64,000 bases of DNA. It comes from Minisyncoccia bacterium. Lineage in GTDB: Bacteria; Patescibacteriota; Minisyncoccia; Phycocordibacterales; JAKFXT01. Below are positions 1 to 10,490 of this stretch, piece after piece. Each line of letters begins with the position of its first letter. The stretch's first letter is position 1. The notes below the pieces were generated by a model. It saw only the letters and a program-made list of their open reading frames with translations, was not told the DNA's origin and made no database searches. Position numbers and translations under genes: made by a program. The DNA lies in the NCBI GenBank assembly GCA_041485465.1, contig JBGPJO010000001.1, forward strand, positions 29,017-93,016. The letters run 5' to 3'.

Positions 1-239
1 ACAATGCCCTTGTAGCGAATACCACGGTATTTACCGCAGTAACACTCATAATCCTTTTCCGGGCCGAAAATCTTTTCATCGAAAAGCCCCGCGCGCTCCG
101 GCCGCTGGGTGCGATAGTTGATGGTCTCGGGCTTCGTTACCTCACCGAAAGACCACTCTTTAATGCGCTCGGGTGAGGCAAGCTTTATGGTGACCATATC
201 AAAGTCGGTCGTATTATCTCTCTTTTGTGCTTGAAGCAT
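1..239 (-). CDS. rpoC: RNA polymerase beta' subunit, 5' part only (runs off window start)
   Basis: Minus-strand translation from ATG at 239: [79 protein letters not shown]; canonical RpoC N-terminus directly after rpoB. Confidence 0.97.
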   Translation of the reverse strand, partial: MLQAQKRDNTTDFDMVTIKLASPERIKEWSFGEVTKPETINYRTQRPERAGLFDEKIFGPEKDYECYCGKYRGIRYKGI

Positions 240-3200
240 ATTGTTTCATTATTAGTCCCGATCTTTTTTCTTCGACCCCTGTTTTTTTAAGCTCAACGTC
301 GAGGGAAAGTCCTCTTAAATTATTCAGGAGCACCTTAAATGAAGCTGGAATATTTGGCTGGTGAATGCGCTCCCCCTTGACGATTGCATCGAATGCCGCC
401 GAACGTCCCACGATGTCGTCCGATTTGATAGTAAGAATCTCCCGAAGGGTGTAGGCAACGCCGTAGCCAAGAAGCGCCCAGACTTCCATTTCTCCGAAAC
501 GCTGTCCCCCGCCTTGAGCTTTACCGCCGAGTGGCTGCTGGGTAATGAGGGAGTACGGCCCGATTGAACGCATGTGAATCTTGTCTTCAACCATGTGGTG
601 AAGCTTCATAATGTACATGTACCCGACGGCAATATCCCGCTCGAATTTTTCTCCGGTTCGCCCATCGTAGAGCGAAATTTTTCCCGATTCGGGGAAACCG
701 GCCTTTTTGAGCTCCTCTTTGATTTCCAGAACTGTAGCGCCGGCAAAAGGCGGAACGATTGCTTGATAGCCGAGCGTGTGTGCCGCAAGACCGAGATGCA
801 TTTCAAGAATCTGTCCGAGGTTCATGCGCGACGGAACGCCAAGCGGCGTCAAAACGACATCAACCGGCGTGCCATCTTCCATGTAGGGCATGTCTTCAGC
901 CGGAAGGATTTTTGAGATAACTCCTTTGTTACCGTGGCGTCCCGCAAGTTTGTCCCCAACAGAGACGTTTCGGAGCTCCGCCACTTCTATATAAATCTTT
1001 TTCATTATTCCGCTTTCAAGCTGGTCCCCACGCTCGCGGGAAAACACTTTAACGCCAATGACGCGGCCATACTTGCCATTCTCCATCCGCAAGCTCGTGT
1101 CTTTAACGTCACGCGCCTTATCTCCGAAAATTGAGCGCAAAAGCCGCTCTTCGGGGGTAAGCTGCGTCTCCCCTTTCGGAGTAATTTTTCCGACAAGAAT
1201 GTCTCCGGGGCGAACCTCCGCGCCGATTCTGATGATCCCATCCTCGTCGAGATTTTTGAGCTTGACCTCAGAAACATTCGGAATGTCGTGCGTTGTCACT
1301 TCAGGTCCTAATTTCGTATCGCGAACGGAAACCTCAAATTCCTCTATGTGGATGCTTGAAAGTTTATTGTCGCGAACAAGGCGCTCCGAGAGCACGATCG
1401 CATCTTCGTAATTAGAACCAAACCATGGTAAAAATGCGACGAGAAGGTTTTGGCCAAGCGCCATCTGGCCACCAGCGGATGAGGAGGTATCCGCCAAGAC
1501 AGCACCGCGCTTTATTTTGTCTCCGACCGAAACTGCCGGACGCTGATGAAAAGCGGTAAAACCGTTCGTCCGTGAAAAATTGATAAGCGTATATTCAGTC
1601 GTTGATTTTCCTTTGACGATAATCTTTCTGGCGTCAGCGTTGGTGACTTCACCCTCTTCTTTTGCGATGACGAGGCGTCCGGTATCACGCGCGGCATCTC
1701 CCTCAATGCCGGTTGCAACAAGCGGCGCCTCGGGAAGAAGGCAGGGAGTCGCTTGTTTCTGCATGTTTGATCCCATGAGAGAGCGGTTGGCGTCATCATG
1801 CTCGAGAAAAGGGATCATCGAGGTCGCGATTGAAAACGCCTGATTAGTATCAATATCTATGTAGTGAACTTCCTCTTTCTTTACCAACGCCGGATCCCCT
1901 TTATAGCGAACCTCAACTTCAGAAACAGTTATGGAGCCGCTCTCATCGGTCGGTGTTGCGGCATGAGCGATGTGGTATTGCTCTTCTTCAAGTGCGTTCA
2001 GATAGACAATCTCTTTGGTGACCTTGCCGTTTTTTACTTTGGCGTATGGTGTCTCAATTATGCCGAATTCATTGAGCTTGGCGTGCATCGACAAACGGAG
2101 GATCAGTCCGATATTCGGACCTTCAGGTGTATGGATGGGACAAAGCCTTCCGTAATGGGAAGGGTGAACATCGCGCACTTCAAAACCGGCACGCTCGCGG
2201 GTAAGTCCGCCTGGCCCCAGGGCGGAGAGTGTCCGCAGGCTCTCGATTTCTTCGAGAATGTTTGTCTGGGGCATGAACTGGGACAGCTGGTTCGTGGTAA
2301 AAAATTCTTTTATCCCCGCTTGAAAGGGACGCGGATTCATAAACTGAATGGGGAGTGTCGCGTCGGTATCAATCGTCGACATGCGATCCTGGATATTACG
2401 CTTCATGCGGGCCATACCGACACGCATTTTCTGCTGAAGCATTTCGCCGACATAGCGAACACGGCGGCTGCCGAGGTGGTCTATGTCATCCGGCAGTGAT
2501 CCGGGAGTCGTGTTCAAGTAAACAATATTCTCAAGAATTGAGGCGAGGTCAGATAATGAAAGAGTCCTCACGGCAAGAGCTTTTTCGTCAAGCGGAAAAC
2601 CGAAGCGTTTATTAAAACGAAACCGTCCCACTCGGGAAAGATCGTAGCGATCGGGTTCAAAAATCGAATTGACAAAATTACGAGCGTTTTCAACGGTTGC
2701 AAGGTCCCCGTCACGCATCCGCTTGTAGATTTCGATATATGAATCATCCTTTGTCTTTGCCGTATCCTTTGCAAGAGAAAGCTCGAGTGCTTTTTTAAAA
2801 GCGTCATTCCCCTTCGCTATTTTTAAAATTTCGGTATCGGTTTCCGCTCCTCTCACTCGAAGAAGAGAAACTATGGGAAACTTCCTTTTCCGGTCAACCC
2901 GAACGTAGAGCGCTCCGTCCGGTTCGGAATCAATCTCAATCCAAGCACCCCTTTGGGGGATTATTCGCGCCCCGAAATATTCTTTACCCTTAGTTTCCTC
3001 GGTTGTAAAAAAGACCCCGAAGGAGCGCGCAAGCTGGGGTACAATAACGCGCTCGACACCGTTTATGATGAAGGTGCCGTGATCGGTCATAAGCGGAAAA
3101 TCAGTCATGAAAATTTCTTGCTCTTTGACCGAGTTCTGGGCCTTGTTTTTAAGCTTAACCATTGCGCGAAGCGGCGCCTCGTACGAGAGTTTATTTTCCT

Positions 3201-3435
3201 TAGCGTAGTGCTCGTCGTATTTCGGTACACCGAGCTCGAAAGAAACAAACTCAAGATCAAATTTCTTTTCGGAATAATCACGAATCGGGGAAAATTCCTT
3301 GAAGATCTCTTTGAGGCCATCTTTCATGAGTGCGGTGAAAGAGACCATCTGTGATTCGACGAGGTTTGGAAGCTCGGCAAGCGGCTTCTTGAATCGGCTG
3401 AAATATTTTTTAGGAAGCGTTTTAGTATGGGGCAT
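214..3435 (-). CDS. rpoB: RNA polymerase beta subunit
   Basis: Motifs [51 protein letters not shown]; compact 1073 aa. Confidence 0.99.
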   Translation of the reverse strand: MPHTKTLPKKYFSRFKKPLAELPNLVESQMVSFTALMKDGLKEIFKEFSPIRDYSEKKFDLEFVSFELGVPKYDEHYAKENKLSYEAPLRAMVKLKNKAQNSVKEQEIFMTDFPLMTDHGTFIINGVERVIVPQLARSFGVFFTTEETKGKEYFGARIIPQRGAWIEIDSEPDGALYVRVDRKRKFPIVSLLRVRGAETDTEILKIAKGNDAFKKALELSLAKDTAKTKDDSYIEIYKRMRDGDLATVENARNFVNSIFEPDRYDLSRVGRFRFNKRFGFPLDEKALAVRTLSLSDLASILENIVYLNTTPGSLPDDIDHLGSRRVRYVGEMLQQKMRVGMARMKRNIQDRMSTIDTDATLPIQFMNPRPFQAGIKEFFTTNQLSQFMPQTNILEEIESLRTLSALGPGGLTRERAGFEVRDVHPSHYGRLCPIHTPEGPNIGLILRLSMHAKLNEFGIIETPYAKVKNGKVTKEIVYLNALEEEQYHIAHAATPTDESGSITVSEVEVRYKGDPALVKKEEVHYIDIDTNQAFSIATSMIPFLEHDDANRSLMGSNMQKQATPCLLPEAPLVATGIEGDAARDTGRLVIAKEEGEVTNADARKIIVKGKSTTEYTLINFSRTNGFTAFHQRPAVSVGDKIKRGAVLADTSSSAGGQMALGQNLLVAFLPWFGSNYEDAIVLSERLVRDNKLSSIHIEEFEVSVRDTKLGPEVTTHDIPNVSEVKLKNLDEDGIIRIGAEVRPGDILVGKITPKGETQLTPEERLLRSIFGDKARDVKDTSLRMENGKYGRVIGVKVFSRERGDQLESGIMKKIYIEVAELRNVSVGDKLAGRHGNKGVISKILPAEDMPYMEDGTPVDVVLTPLGVPSRMNLGQILEMHLGLAAHTLGYQAIVPPFAGATVLEIKEELKKAGFPESGKISLYDGRTGEKFERDIAVGYMYIMKLHHMVEDKIHMRSIGPYSLITQQPLGGKAQGGGQRFGEMEVWALLGYGVAYTLREILTIKSDDIVGRSAAFDAIVKGERIHQPNIPASFKVLLNNLRGLSLDVELKKTGVEEKRSGLIMKQYASSTKER

Positions 3436-3640
3436 GAGGATGGTGCCTTAGCTAAGCTTATAAACGCAAAAAGACAAAAAGATAACAGTCCCTACTTCAG
3501 TTCGGGTGTTTCTCGGGTCTTTGAAAAACTAATCTGCTTGAGTAAGCAAATAGGTACCTACGTACACTTAATACTAAAAACCTCTACAGCAGTAACACAA
3601 TCAAAAGGTTATCCCCATGATAGCAGACCTGTTTTTTATG

Positions 3641-4291
3641 TCAAGATTTTTTTATCTCCTTCTTCCACTGCTCTATCTTTTTATGGTCACCAGAGAGAAG
3701 GACTTTCGGGACTGTATACGATTTCCCTTTGTACATGAGATTTTCCGGGCGTGTATACACTTCAGGGCTTGCGGTACGCTCTTCTTCCCGTGAATTAAAG
3801 TTCCCCAGGACCCCCTTACGCTGGCGGGATACAGCATCAATGACAATCGCGGCGGGAATTTCTCCGCCGGTTAAAATGTAGGGGCCAATCGAAACCTCCT
3901 CGGCTTTAATAATTTTTTTGACTCTTCCGTCTATTCCTTCGTAGCGTCCGGCAATGAGAATGATGTCGGCGTAACGCTTCGAGAGAGCTTTTGCGTATTC
4001 ATTCGTAAACTGCTTCCCTGTCGGCGAAAAAAGGATGACTTTCGCGTCGCGTCTTCCTTTGAGAGCTTTTTCCGCCGCTTTGACTATCGGAAGTGCTTGA
4101 AGCACCATGCCGGGACCGCCACCGTAGGGTTTGCCATCAATATAAGCGACTTTCTTTTTTGCGAATTTCCTCGGGTCGTAATACGAAACTTTAATTTTCT
4201 TTTGACCGCGGGCACGGCCGATAATGGACGTATTTATGTATGATTCGATCGCGTCTTTAAAAAGAGTAACAACGTGAAAATGCATAGACAT
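3641..4291 (-). CDS. trmD: tRNA (guanine37-N1)-methyltransferase
   Basis: DGKPYGGGPGMVL, AGRYEGIDGR, SIGPYILTGGE; start moved to MSMHFHVVTL (the ORF-track extension overlaps khpA). Confidence 0.96.
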   Translation of the reverse strand: MSMHFHVVTLFKDAIESYINTSIIGRARGQKKIKVSYYDPRKFAKKKVAYIDGKPYGGGPGMVLQALPIVKAAEKALKGRRDAKVILFSPTGKQFTNEYAKALSKRYADIILIAGRYEGIDGRVKKIIKAEEVSIGPYILTGGEIPAAIVIDAVSRQRKGVLGNFNSREEERTASPEVYTRPENLMYKGKSYTVPKVLLSGDHKKIEQWKKEIKKS

Positions 4292-4409
4292 GGTGTATCT
4301 ATAAAAATCAAAAATTGCTTTTGAGGAACCTCGGAAAGCCGGGTGGCGCAAGTGGAGAAATTTGCCGAGAGGCAAATATTCTTGTCCTTCAAAAGCAATT
4401 TCGAATCTA

Positions 4410-4724
4410 CTAGATCTTGAGATCCTCCATCGCTTCCTCAACCGATTTCATGGCGGGACTCGAGGTGGTTACCTCTTTGCCTTCCGGTTCACTGATCTTC
4501 AGATTGACCCTGGCGTTATTCTTCATGCCGACGACGCGAAGTAGGGTGCGGATTGCTTTTGCGGTATTACCGGCGCGCCCAATCACTTTGCCCATATCCG
4601 CCGGACTGACATCAAGAGTAAGGAGTACTCCCATCTCATCGACGGTTCTTTTAATTTTGACATCGTTCGGATTGTCGACCAATGCTTTTATGACATACTC
4701 AAGAAATACGGTATCGCCTTCCAT
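4410..4724 (-). CDS. khpA: KH-domain RNA-binding protein (KhpA/YlqC family)
   Basis: DMGKVIGRAGNTAKAIRTLL KH motif; conserved position between rpsP and trmD. Confidence 0.92.
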   Translation of the reverse strand: MEGDTVFLEYVIKALVDNPNDVKIKRTVDEMGVLLTLDVSPADMGKVIGRAGNTAKAIRTLLRVVGMKNNARVNLKISEPEGKEVTTSSPAMKSVEEAMEDLKI

Positions 4725-4829
4725 ACGTTTCAGGATAAATTATAAGACGGAAAAAGTGACTGACTTTTTCCAAAAAACATTATACAAAAAAGAAAAGAGG
4801 GGGTCAATGGTGGCGTTTCAAGCCTTACA

Positions 4830-5246
4830 TTACTTCTTCAGTTCTTCCGTTGCTTCCGCTTCCACTTCTTTTGTTATACCATCCTCAACTACCTCTTCCT
4901 CAGCTTTTATTTCTTCGGAAGTGCTTTGTATCACTCCGGTCTCCCCCGCTTTCTCTCCTTCTTCTTTCTTCGGAGGAGATTTTCTCGGTAACACGTTGAT
5001 TTTCTTGCCGGAAATTATTTTTTGACTAATAAGAAGATTGTGGACGGTGTCAGAAACTTTTGCCCCTTTCCCCATCCATGTTTTGATCTTATCGGCATTG
5101 AATTCTGATTTATTGCTTCTCGGATCGTACGAGCCAAGGATATCCAAAAATCGCCCACTCTTTGTCGAGTTAGTCGATTCGGTAAGCACGAGCCGGAATG
5201 TCGGTTCATGCGTTCTTCCAACGCGCTGTAGTCTGATCATAAGCAT
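4830..5246 (-). CDS. rpsP: 30S ribosomal protein S16 with acidic C-terminal extension
   Basis: MLMIRLQRVGRTHEPTFRLV...GRFLDILGSYDP...GAKVSDTV; start at ATG 5246. Confidence 0.96.
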   Translation of the reverse strand: MLMIRLQRVGRTHEPTFRLVLTESTNSTKSGRFLDILGSYDPRSNKSEFNADKIKTWMGKGAKVSDTVHNLLISQKIISGKKINVLPRKSPPKKEEGEKAGETGVIQSTSEEIKAEEEVVEDGITKEVEAEATEELKK

Positions 5247-5341
5247 GCGCAAGAGCGTAACAGAAGAGCCGTCTCCCGTCAATATTATTTTCATAAAGCT
5301 TTTTAGTTGGAAAGGTTTTCCATGCGTGGTAACGTAGGACG

Positions 5342-7303
5342 ATGCAAAAAAGAAGAGAGCGAAACGAAAGAAAAGAAGACGCCGTATACCATTCGGATTT
5401 AAAGACATATGAAGGCACCATCAGCATCACCTCGCGTGGTGTTGGGTACGTCTCAACGGAGAGCTTGAAGGAGGATATTGAGGTCCCTACAGGGCAAACG
5501 GGTTTTGCCCTCAATCGCGATACCGTCCTAATCTCCGTCTTCCCTGGAAGACGCGTGGGGCGACTTCAGGGCAAGATTCTTAAGGTAATCAAACGGGATC
5601 GGACCCGTTTTGTCGGTACTGCCTCTCTTGAAAACGGAAAAACATTCATTGTTCCGGACAATAAGAGAATACACGTTGATTTTTTGCCTCAAGAGAATGT
5701 TACTCCTGGGGAAAAGGTGCTTTTTGAAATCGCTTCATGGGAAAAACCAAAAGATGCGCCCCTAGCAAAGATTATTAAGGTGATCGGCAAAAAGGGAGTG
5801 AACGACGTTGAAATGGAAGCGATTGTGCTTGAGCGCGGTTTCAACGCAACCTTCGAGCCTGAACTAGTGAGTGAGGCGGAAGCAATTCGGGAAAAGGCGA
5901 AAAAAGAATTCGAGGAAGAAATACGGAAACGAAGGGACCTGCGGGACCTGAAGACCTGCACCATTGATCCTGAAGATGCCAAAGACTTCGACGACGCGTT
6001 GTCATTTCAGAAGCTTCCAAACGGAAATTTTGAAATAGGCATCCACATTGCCGATGTCTCCCACTACATCCGCCCGAAGACCATGCTTGATACGGAAGCC
6101 CAAAAACGTGGTGTTTCAATCTACCTTGTCGATCGAACTATCCCGATGCTTCCGGAGGCGCTTTCAAACGACTTATGTAGTTTAAATCCGAATGAAGACA
6201 AATTCGCTTTTTCCGCAATCTTTGAAATGGATACGAAAGGAGTGGTCTTGAAGAGATGGCTCGGTAAATCGGTCATACGCTCCGATAAACGTTTTTCTTA
6301 CGAGGAAGCTCAGAGCGTGCTTGAAAGCGGGGAAGGCGTGTTTAGAGAAGAGTTAGCAACACTTAACATGCTTGCAAAACAATTAATGGCAGAACGCTCC
6401 AGAGAAGGGGCGATATCCTTCGAACAGGACGAGGTCAAGTTTGAGCTTGATCACGAGGGCTTTCCGGTGCGGGTTTTCCGTAAAGTACGAAAGGATGCCC
6501 ACAAGCTCATTGAGGAATTTATGCTTCTCGCCAATCGAGAAGTGGCAACGTTCGTCACCAATCTCCATAAACAGAAAAAAATCAATCCTCTTTTTGTTTA
6601 TCGGATCCACGACTATCCTGACCCCGAAAAAATTACCGAGCTCGGCATATTCCTCAAAGCAGTCGGTTATGAACTTGAAACTAAGAAAGGTCAGGTGCGG
6701 GCGAAAGATTTAAATGCCTTATTTAAGCATATCGAAGGCGAGGCCGAAGAAGGAATCATCAAAACTGCCGCCATCCGCTCGATGGCAAAAGCCATTTATT
6801 CGACAAAAAATATCGGCCACTTTGGTTTGGGTTTCGAATACTATACCCATTTCACTTCACCGATCAGACGCTATGCGGACGTTTTGGTTCACCGCCTGCT
6901 TTACTCTTATCTCAACAAAGAAAGCGTTTCCGAAAAAGAATTCGCTTTTTACGAGAGGATGAGTAGAGAAGTGACCGAATGCGAAATAAGAGCGGCGGGA
7001 GCTGAGCGTGATTCGATCAAATTGAAACAAGTTGAATACATGGCAAAGAGGGTTGGAGAAGTATTCGACGGTATCATTTCGGGAGTGACCGACTGGGGGA
7101 TGTATGTTGAAGAAAAAGAAACGAAATGCGAAGGGATGATAAAAGTCCGTGATCTTAGCAGCGATTATTTCACCCTTGACCAAAAGAATTATTGCCTTGT
7201 TGGTGAGAAAACGAAGAAAAAATATTCTCTGGGAGATTCAATACGATTTAAGGTGATTGCGGCTGACCCCGAACGGAAGACGCTTGATTATGCCCTTGTT
7301 TAA
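5342..7303 (+). CDS. rnr: Ribonuclease R (RNB family)
   Basis: TIDPEDAKDFDDA catalytic motif, YTHFTSPIRRYAD, C-terminal S1 domain. Confidence 0.95.
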   Translation: MQKRRERNERKEDAVYHSDLKTYEGTISITSRGVGYVSTESLKEDIEVPTGQTGFALNRDTVLISVFPGRRVGRLQGKILKVIKRDRTRFVGTASLENGKTFIVPDNKRIHVDFLPQENVTPGEKVLFEIASWEKPKDAPLAKIIKVIGKKGVNDVEMEAIVLERGFNATFEPELVSEAEAIREKAKKEFEEEIRKRRDLRDLKTCTIDPEDAKDFDDALSFQKLPNGNFEIGIHIADVSHYIRPKTMLDTEAQKRGVSIYLVDRTIPMLPEALSNDLCSLNPNEDKFAFSAIFEMDTKGVVLKRWLGKSVIRSDKRFSYEEAQSVLESGEGVFREELATLNMLAKQLMAERSREGAISFEQDEVKFELDHEGFPVRVFRKVRKDAHKLIEEFMLLANREVATFVTNLHKQKKINPLFVYRIHDYPDPEKITELGIFLKAVGYELETKKGQVRAKDLNALFKHIEGEAEEGIIKTAAIRSMAKAIYSTKNIGHFGLGFEYYTHFTSPIRRYADVLVHRLLYSYLNKESVSEKEFAFYERMSREVTECEIRAAGAERDSIKLKQVEYMAKRVGEVFDGIISGVTDWGMYVEEKETKCEGMIKVRDLSSDYFTLDQKNYCLVGEKTKKKYSLGDSIRFKVIAADPERKTLDYALV

Positions 7304-7314
7304 AATACTCAAAT

Positions 7315-9570
7315 TTATTTCGCAACGGCAAGGGCTTCTTCAAATTTGACTGAGAGTAATTTAGAAATCCCGTTTGCCCCCATCGTCACGCCATAGAGAA
7401 TCCCCGCCCGACTCATTGTTTCGCGATTATGGGTAATCAAAATAAGCTGGGAGTATTTAGAAAGGTTCTCGATCATATCCCCATACTTCTTTGAATTAGC
7501 TTCGTCAAGCGCCGCATCAGTCTCGTCGAGAATGATAAATGGCGGCGGATTGACCTGAGAAATCGCAAAAAGAAGGGCGATAGAGGTAAGAGCGCGTTCT
7601 CCGCCGGAGAGCATCTGAAGCCCCTTGATTCGCTTATTCGGCAAGGAGACGGAAATATCTATTCCCTCTTCAATTTCCACCTCCTCCTCATCCTCCATCT
7701 CCTCGATCCCTTGAAGCTCCGTAAGTCGCCGTTTTCTCACTTCCCGCTCGGCAAGGGAAAGGGACGCTTGACCGCCGCCAAACATAAGCGTAAAGAATTT
7801 TTCAAATTCTGCATTGATCTTCTTGAGCCCTGTATTGAATTCGATATCAAGTTTTTCGGAGAGATTTTTTATAAGACCTTGAAGACTCTCGGCTGAAGTT
7901 TTGAGGTCCTCTATTTCTTTCGATAAAAAGAGATCACGTTTAACAACATCATCAAATTCCTTAAGAACCTCCTCTCCGCCCGCGCCACCCGCCTCCTCAA
8001 GCCGAATCTTAATTTTTTCGAGTTTTTTTCTGCGCCCCTCTTGTTCACTCCGCGGCTCTTCAAGAAAATCTTTTGGTAACGCGAGGTCGTTATAATGAAG
8101 AACCGGTTGACCAAGAAGAGTGACTGCTTCCTCGAGCTCCTCCTTAAACGCCCCCTCCTCACGATTTATCTGGTCGGCTCGAGAAGAGAGGTTGTTTAAG
8201 ATTCCAACAAGCTCCGTTCTTCGATTCATAAGCGTAAACATTTCGCGCTCCGCCTCTCTTCCTCTTTGCCTTCCTTCTTCAATTGAAAATTTTACCGATT
8301 CATAGCGTTTCTTGGTGACAGATTCATTTTCCTCGAACGCCCCTTCCTTTTTTTGAAGTGTTTCTTTTTGCTCTTGTAACTTTGCGATTTCAGCACTAAT
8401 TTCTTTTACGGCCTTAAGAGCCTCCTCGTTTGTTTTTTTTGACGTTACAAAATCTTTAAGAAGAGCGAGCAATTCTCCAATAAGACCGCGAAGAGTGGAA
8501 ACCTCCTCTTCTTTAAGCGCTTTCGCTAAAATTTTTTCTCCCTCTTCACGTAAATTCTCAATTTCAGAGAGATCGACAGCAACCGCTTTCGCTGTTTTTG
8601 CCTCATTCTCCGCTCTCAAAAGTGCTCTCTCCTCTCCAGAGATCATTCCGTCAAGACGACTTATTTCACGACGCGCCTCTTCGAGAGCTTCCCCAGCTTT
8701 CCGAAGCTCTCCCTCGACCTCAATCAGTTCTTTGCTTTTTTTATCAGCGCTCTCCGATTCGGCAAGAATTTTTTTGACTTCATCGAGGCGCCTTTCTATT
8801 TTTTCTTTTTCAGATGTCGGCGTCTTCCCCTCTTCGTCAAATTTTTTCTTTAGATCGGCAAGGTACAATTCTTCGCGCTTCAGATAATTGTGGTAGAGCT
8901 CACTGAGTTCTTCCCGCAAGCTCTCGGCTTTTTTGACTTTTTCGACTTGTTTTTCAAGAAATTTTATGTGCGGCGCGATTTCTTTCCGAAGACCGTTAAC
9001 CTCCCTGATATTTTCCATCGTCTTTTCAAGTTTGCGCTCGCTCTCCTCGCGTTTATAGTGATAGATTTTAAGTCCGAGCGCGTCCTCGATCATTTCTTTG
9101 CGTTCTTTAATTGAGGCGTTCAGTATCCGATCAGCTTCACCCTGGGAGATGATGTGGTGACCAGAAGCGCCAATGTTCGCAGCAGCTAGAAGTTCAAGTA
9201 CGTCTTTAAGCCTGACCTTGCTTCCATTTAAGAGATATTCATTGGCGCCATCACGATAGACCACACGCTCGATCGTAACTTCCGGAAAATCAATAGTAAA
9301 AATTTTTCTGCTGTTATCGAACGTAAGACGCACCCCCGCCCGGCTCAAATTACCGGAAGTCTTTGAGCCGCTAAAAATAAGATCCTCGCCACGTTTTCCC
9401 CGCATGCTCTTAATCGATTGTTCACCTAAAACAAAACTAAAGGCTTCGGCGACGTTTGATTTACCGGAGCCGTTCGGACCAACAATCGCAACAATGGGCG
9501 AGCTAAATTCAAGCTCGCTTTTTTCCGCAAAAGATTTGAAACCGTTTATCTCGAGAGATTTGAGATACAT
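7315..9570 (-). CDS. smc: SMC-family chromosome segregation ATPase, short (751 aa)
   Basis: Walker A GPNGSGKSN, signature LSGGE, Walker B/D-loop ILDETDAALD, ITHN; long coiled coil between the head halves; adjacent to rnc. Confidence 0.9.
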   Translation of the reverse strand: MYLKSLEINGFKSFAEKSELEFSSPIVAIVGPNGSGKSNVAEAFSFVLGEQSIKSMRGKRGEDLIFSGSKTSGNLSRAGVRLTFDNSRKIFTIDFPEVTIERVVYRDGANEYLLNGSKVRLKDVLELLAAANIGASGHHIISQGEADRILNASIKERKEMIEDALGLKIYHYKREESERKLEKTMENIREVNGLRKEIAPHIKFLEKQVEKVKKAESLREELSELYHNYLKREELYLADLKKKFDEEGKTPTSEKEKIERRLDEVKKILAESESADKKSKELIEVEGELRKAGEALEEARREISRLDGMISGEERALLRAENEAKTAKAVAVDLSEIENLREEGEKILAKALKEEEVSTLRGLIGELLALLKDFVTSKKTNEEALKAVKEISAEIAKLQEQKETLQKKEGAFEENESVTKKRYESVKFSIEEGRQRGREAEREMFTLMNRRTELVGILNNLSSRADQINREEGAFKEELEEAVTLLGQPVLHYNDLALPKDFLEEPRSEQEGRRKKLEKIKIRLEEAGGAGGEEVLKEFDDVVKRDLFLSKEIEDLKTSAESLQGLIKNLSEKLDIEFNTGLKKINAEFEKFFTLMFGGGQASLSLAEREVRKRRLTELQGIEEMEDEEEVEIEEGIDISVSLPNKRIKGLQMLSGGERALTSIALLFAISQVNPPPFIILDETDAALDEANSKKYGDMIENLSKYSQLILITHNRETMSRAGILYGVTMGANGISKLLSVKFEEALAVAK

Positions 9571-9676
9571 GAAAGAATATAAAAAATTTTACCACGAGCG
9601 GTAAGAAATTGCTTTCGGAGTAAAATCATCACTGAGTGATTTTTGAGTATGTTTCCGAAATGCCAAGCTAAGCGCC

Positions 9677-10372
9677 CTACATCCACCCCTTTTTTTCAAG
9701 GGCGTTTCGTGCCGCAGATTGCTCCGCTTCCTGCTTTGAGCGGCCTTCGCCCTCCGCAACCAACTCGTCATTCAAGAAAACCGCGACAGTAAAGTATTTG
9801 TCATGATCCGGCCCGACTCCCGACATGGTGCGGTAAGAAGGAGTAACCCCAAGCTCATCCTGAACCCGTTCCTGAAAATGACTTTTAGCGTCAAGCCAAA
9901 GCTTTTCATTAACGATCGTATCGGTGAGCGGAAAAAGCGTCTCGGTTATGAAGTGACGCGCCACAGTATATCCTTGGTCAAGAAAAATCGCCCCAACGAG
10001 CGCTTCGAAGGTATTGGCGAGAATATATTGCCTCGCGCGACCCGTGTCCTTTGATTCGCCCTTTGAGAGAAGCAGAAATTTTTCCATACCGAGCTTACTT
10101 GAAATTTCAGCAAGCGTGTTCGCGTTCACTAATGCAGAGCGGTATGAAGTTAAATCGCCTTCCGACCTATCCGGATACTTTTCATAGAGATATTCGGTCG
10201 TAATCAATTCTAAAACAGCATCTCCTAAAAATTCGAGGCGCTCGTTATGCTCAAGCTTCATCCGCTTGTGTTCATTGATGTAGGAGCGGTGGGTAAAAGC
10301 CTGAACAAGCAATTTTTTGTTTCTAAAATGAAGGCCTATGATTCTTTCGAATTGGCCGAAATCTACTGGCAT
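9677..10372 (-). CDS. rnc: Ribonuclease III
   Basis: NERLEFLGDAVL signature and C-terminal dsRBD (GEGRSKQEAEQSAA). Confidence 0.98.
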   Translation of the reverse strand: MPVDFGQFERIIGLHFRNKKLLVQAFTHRSYINEHKRMKLEHNERLEFLGDAVLELITTEYLYEKYPDRSEGDLTSYRSALVNANTLAEISSKLGMEKFLLLSKGESKDTGRARQYILANTFEALVGAIFLDQGYTVARHFITETLFPLTDTIVNEKLWLDAKSHFQERVQDELGVTPSYRTMSGVGPDHDKYFTVAVFLNDELVAEGEGRSKQEAEQSAARNALEKKGWM

Positions 10373-10490
10373 ATGGTCTATGCCTAGAAAACAAAGCCCA
10401 ACTCACCATGCGCGCTCTAAGCTTTGTATTCTAGTCGTATCAATTAGCTTATACTCCCGCTTTTTAGCATAGAAAAGAAGATAGGGCAAT

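Noticed and set aside
324-3354. Many 60-210 aa ORFs antisense or out of frame within rpoB, and similarly within dnaE, smc, gyrB, the ABC permease and the Cu ATPase
   Set aside because: Shadow ORFs fully overlapping well-supported genes, with no recognisable motifs.
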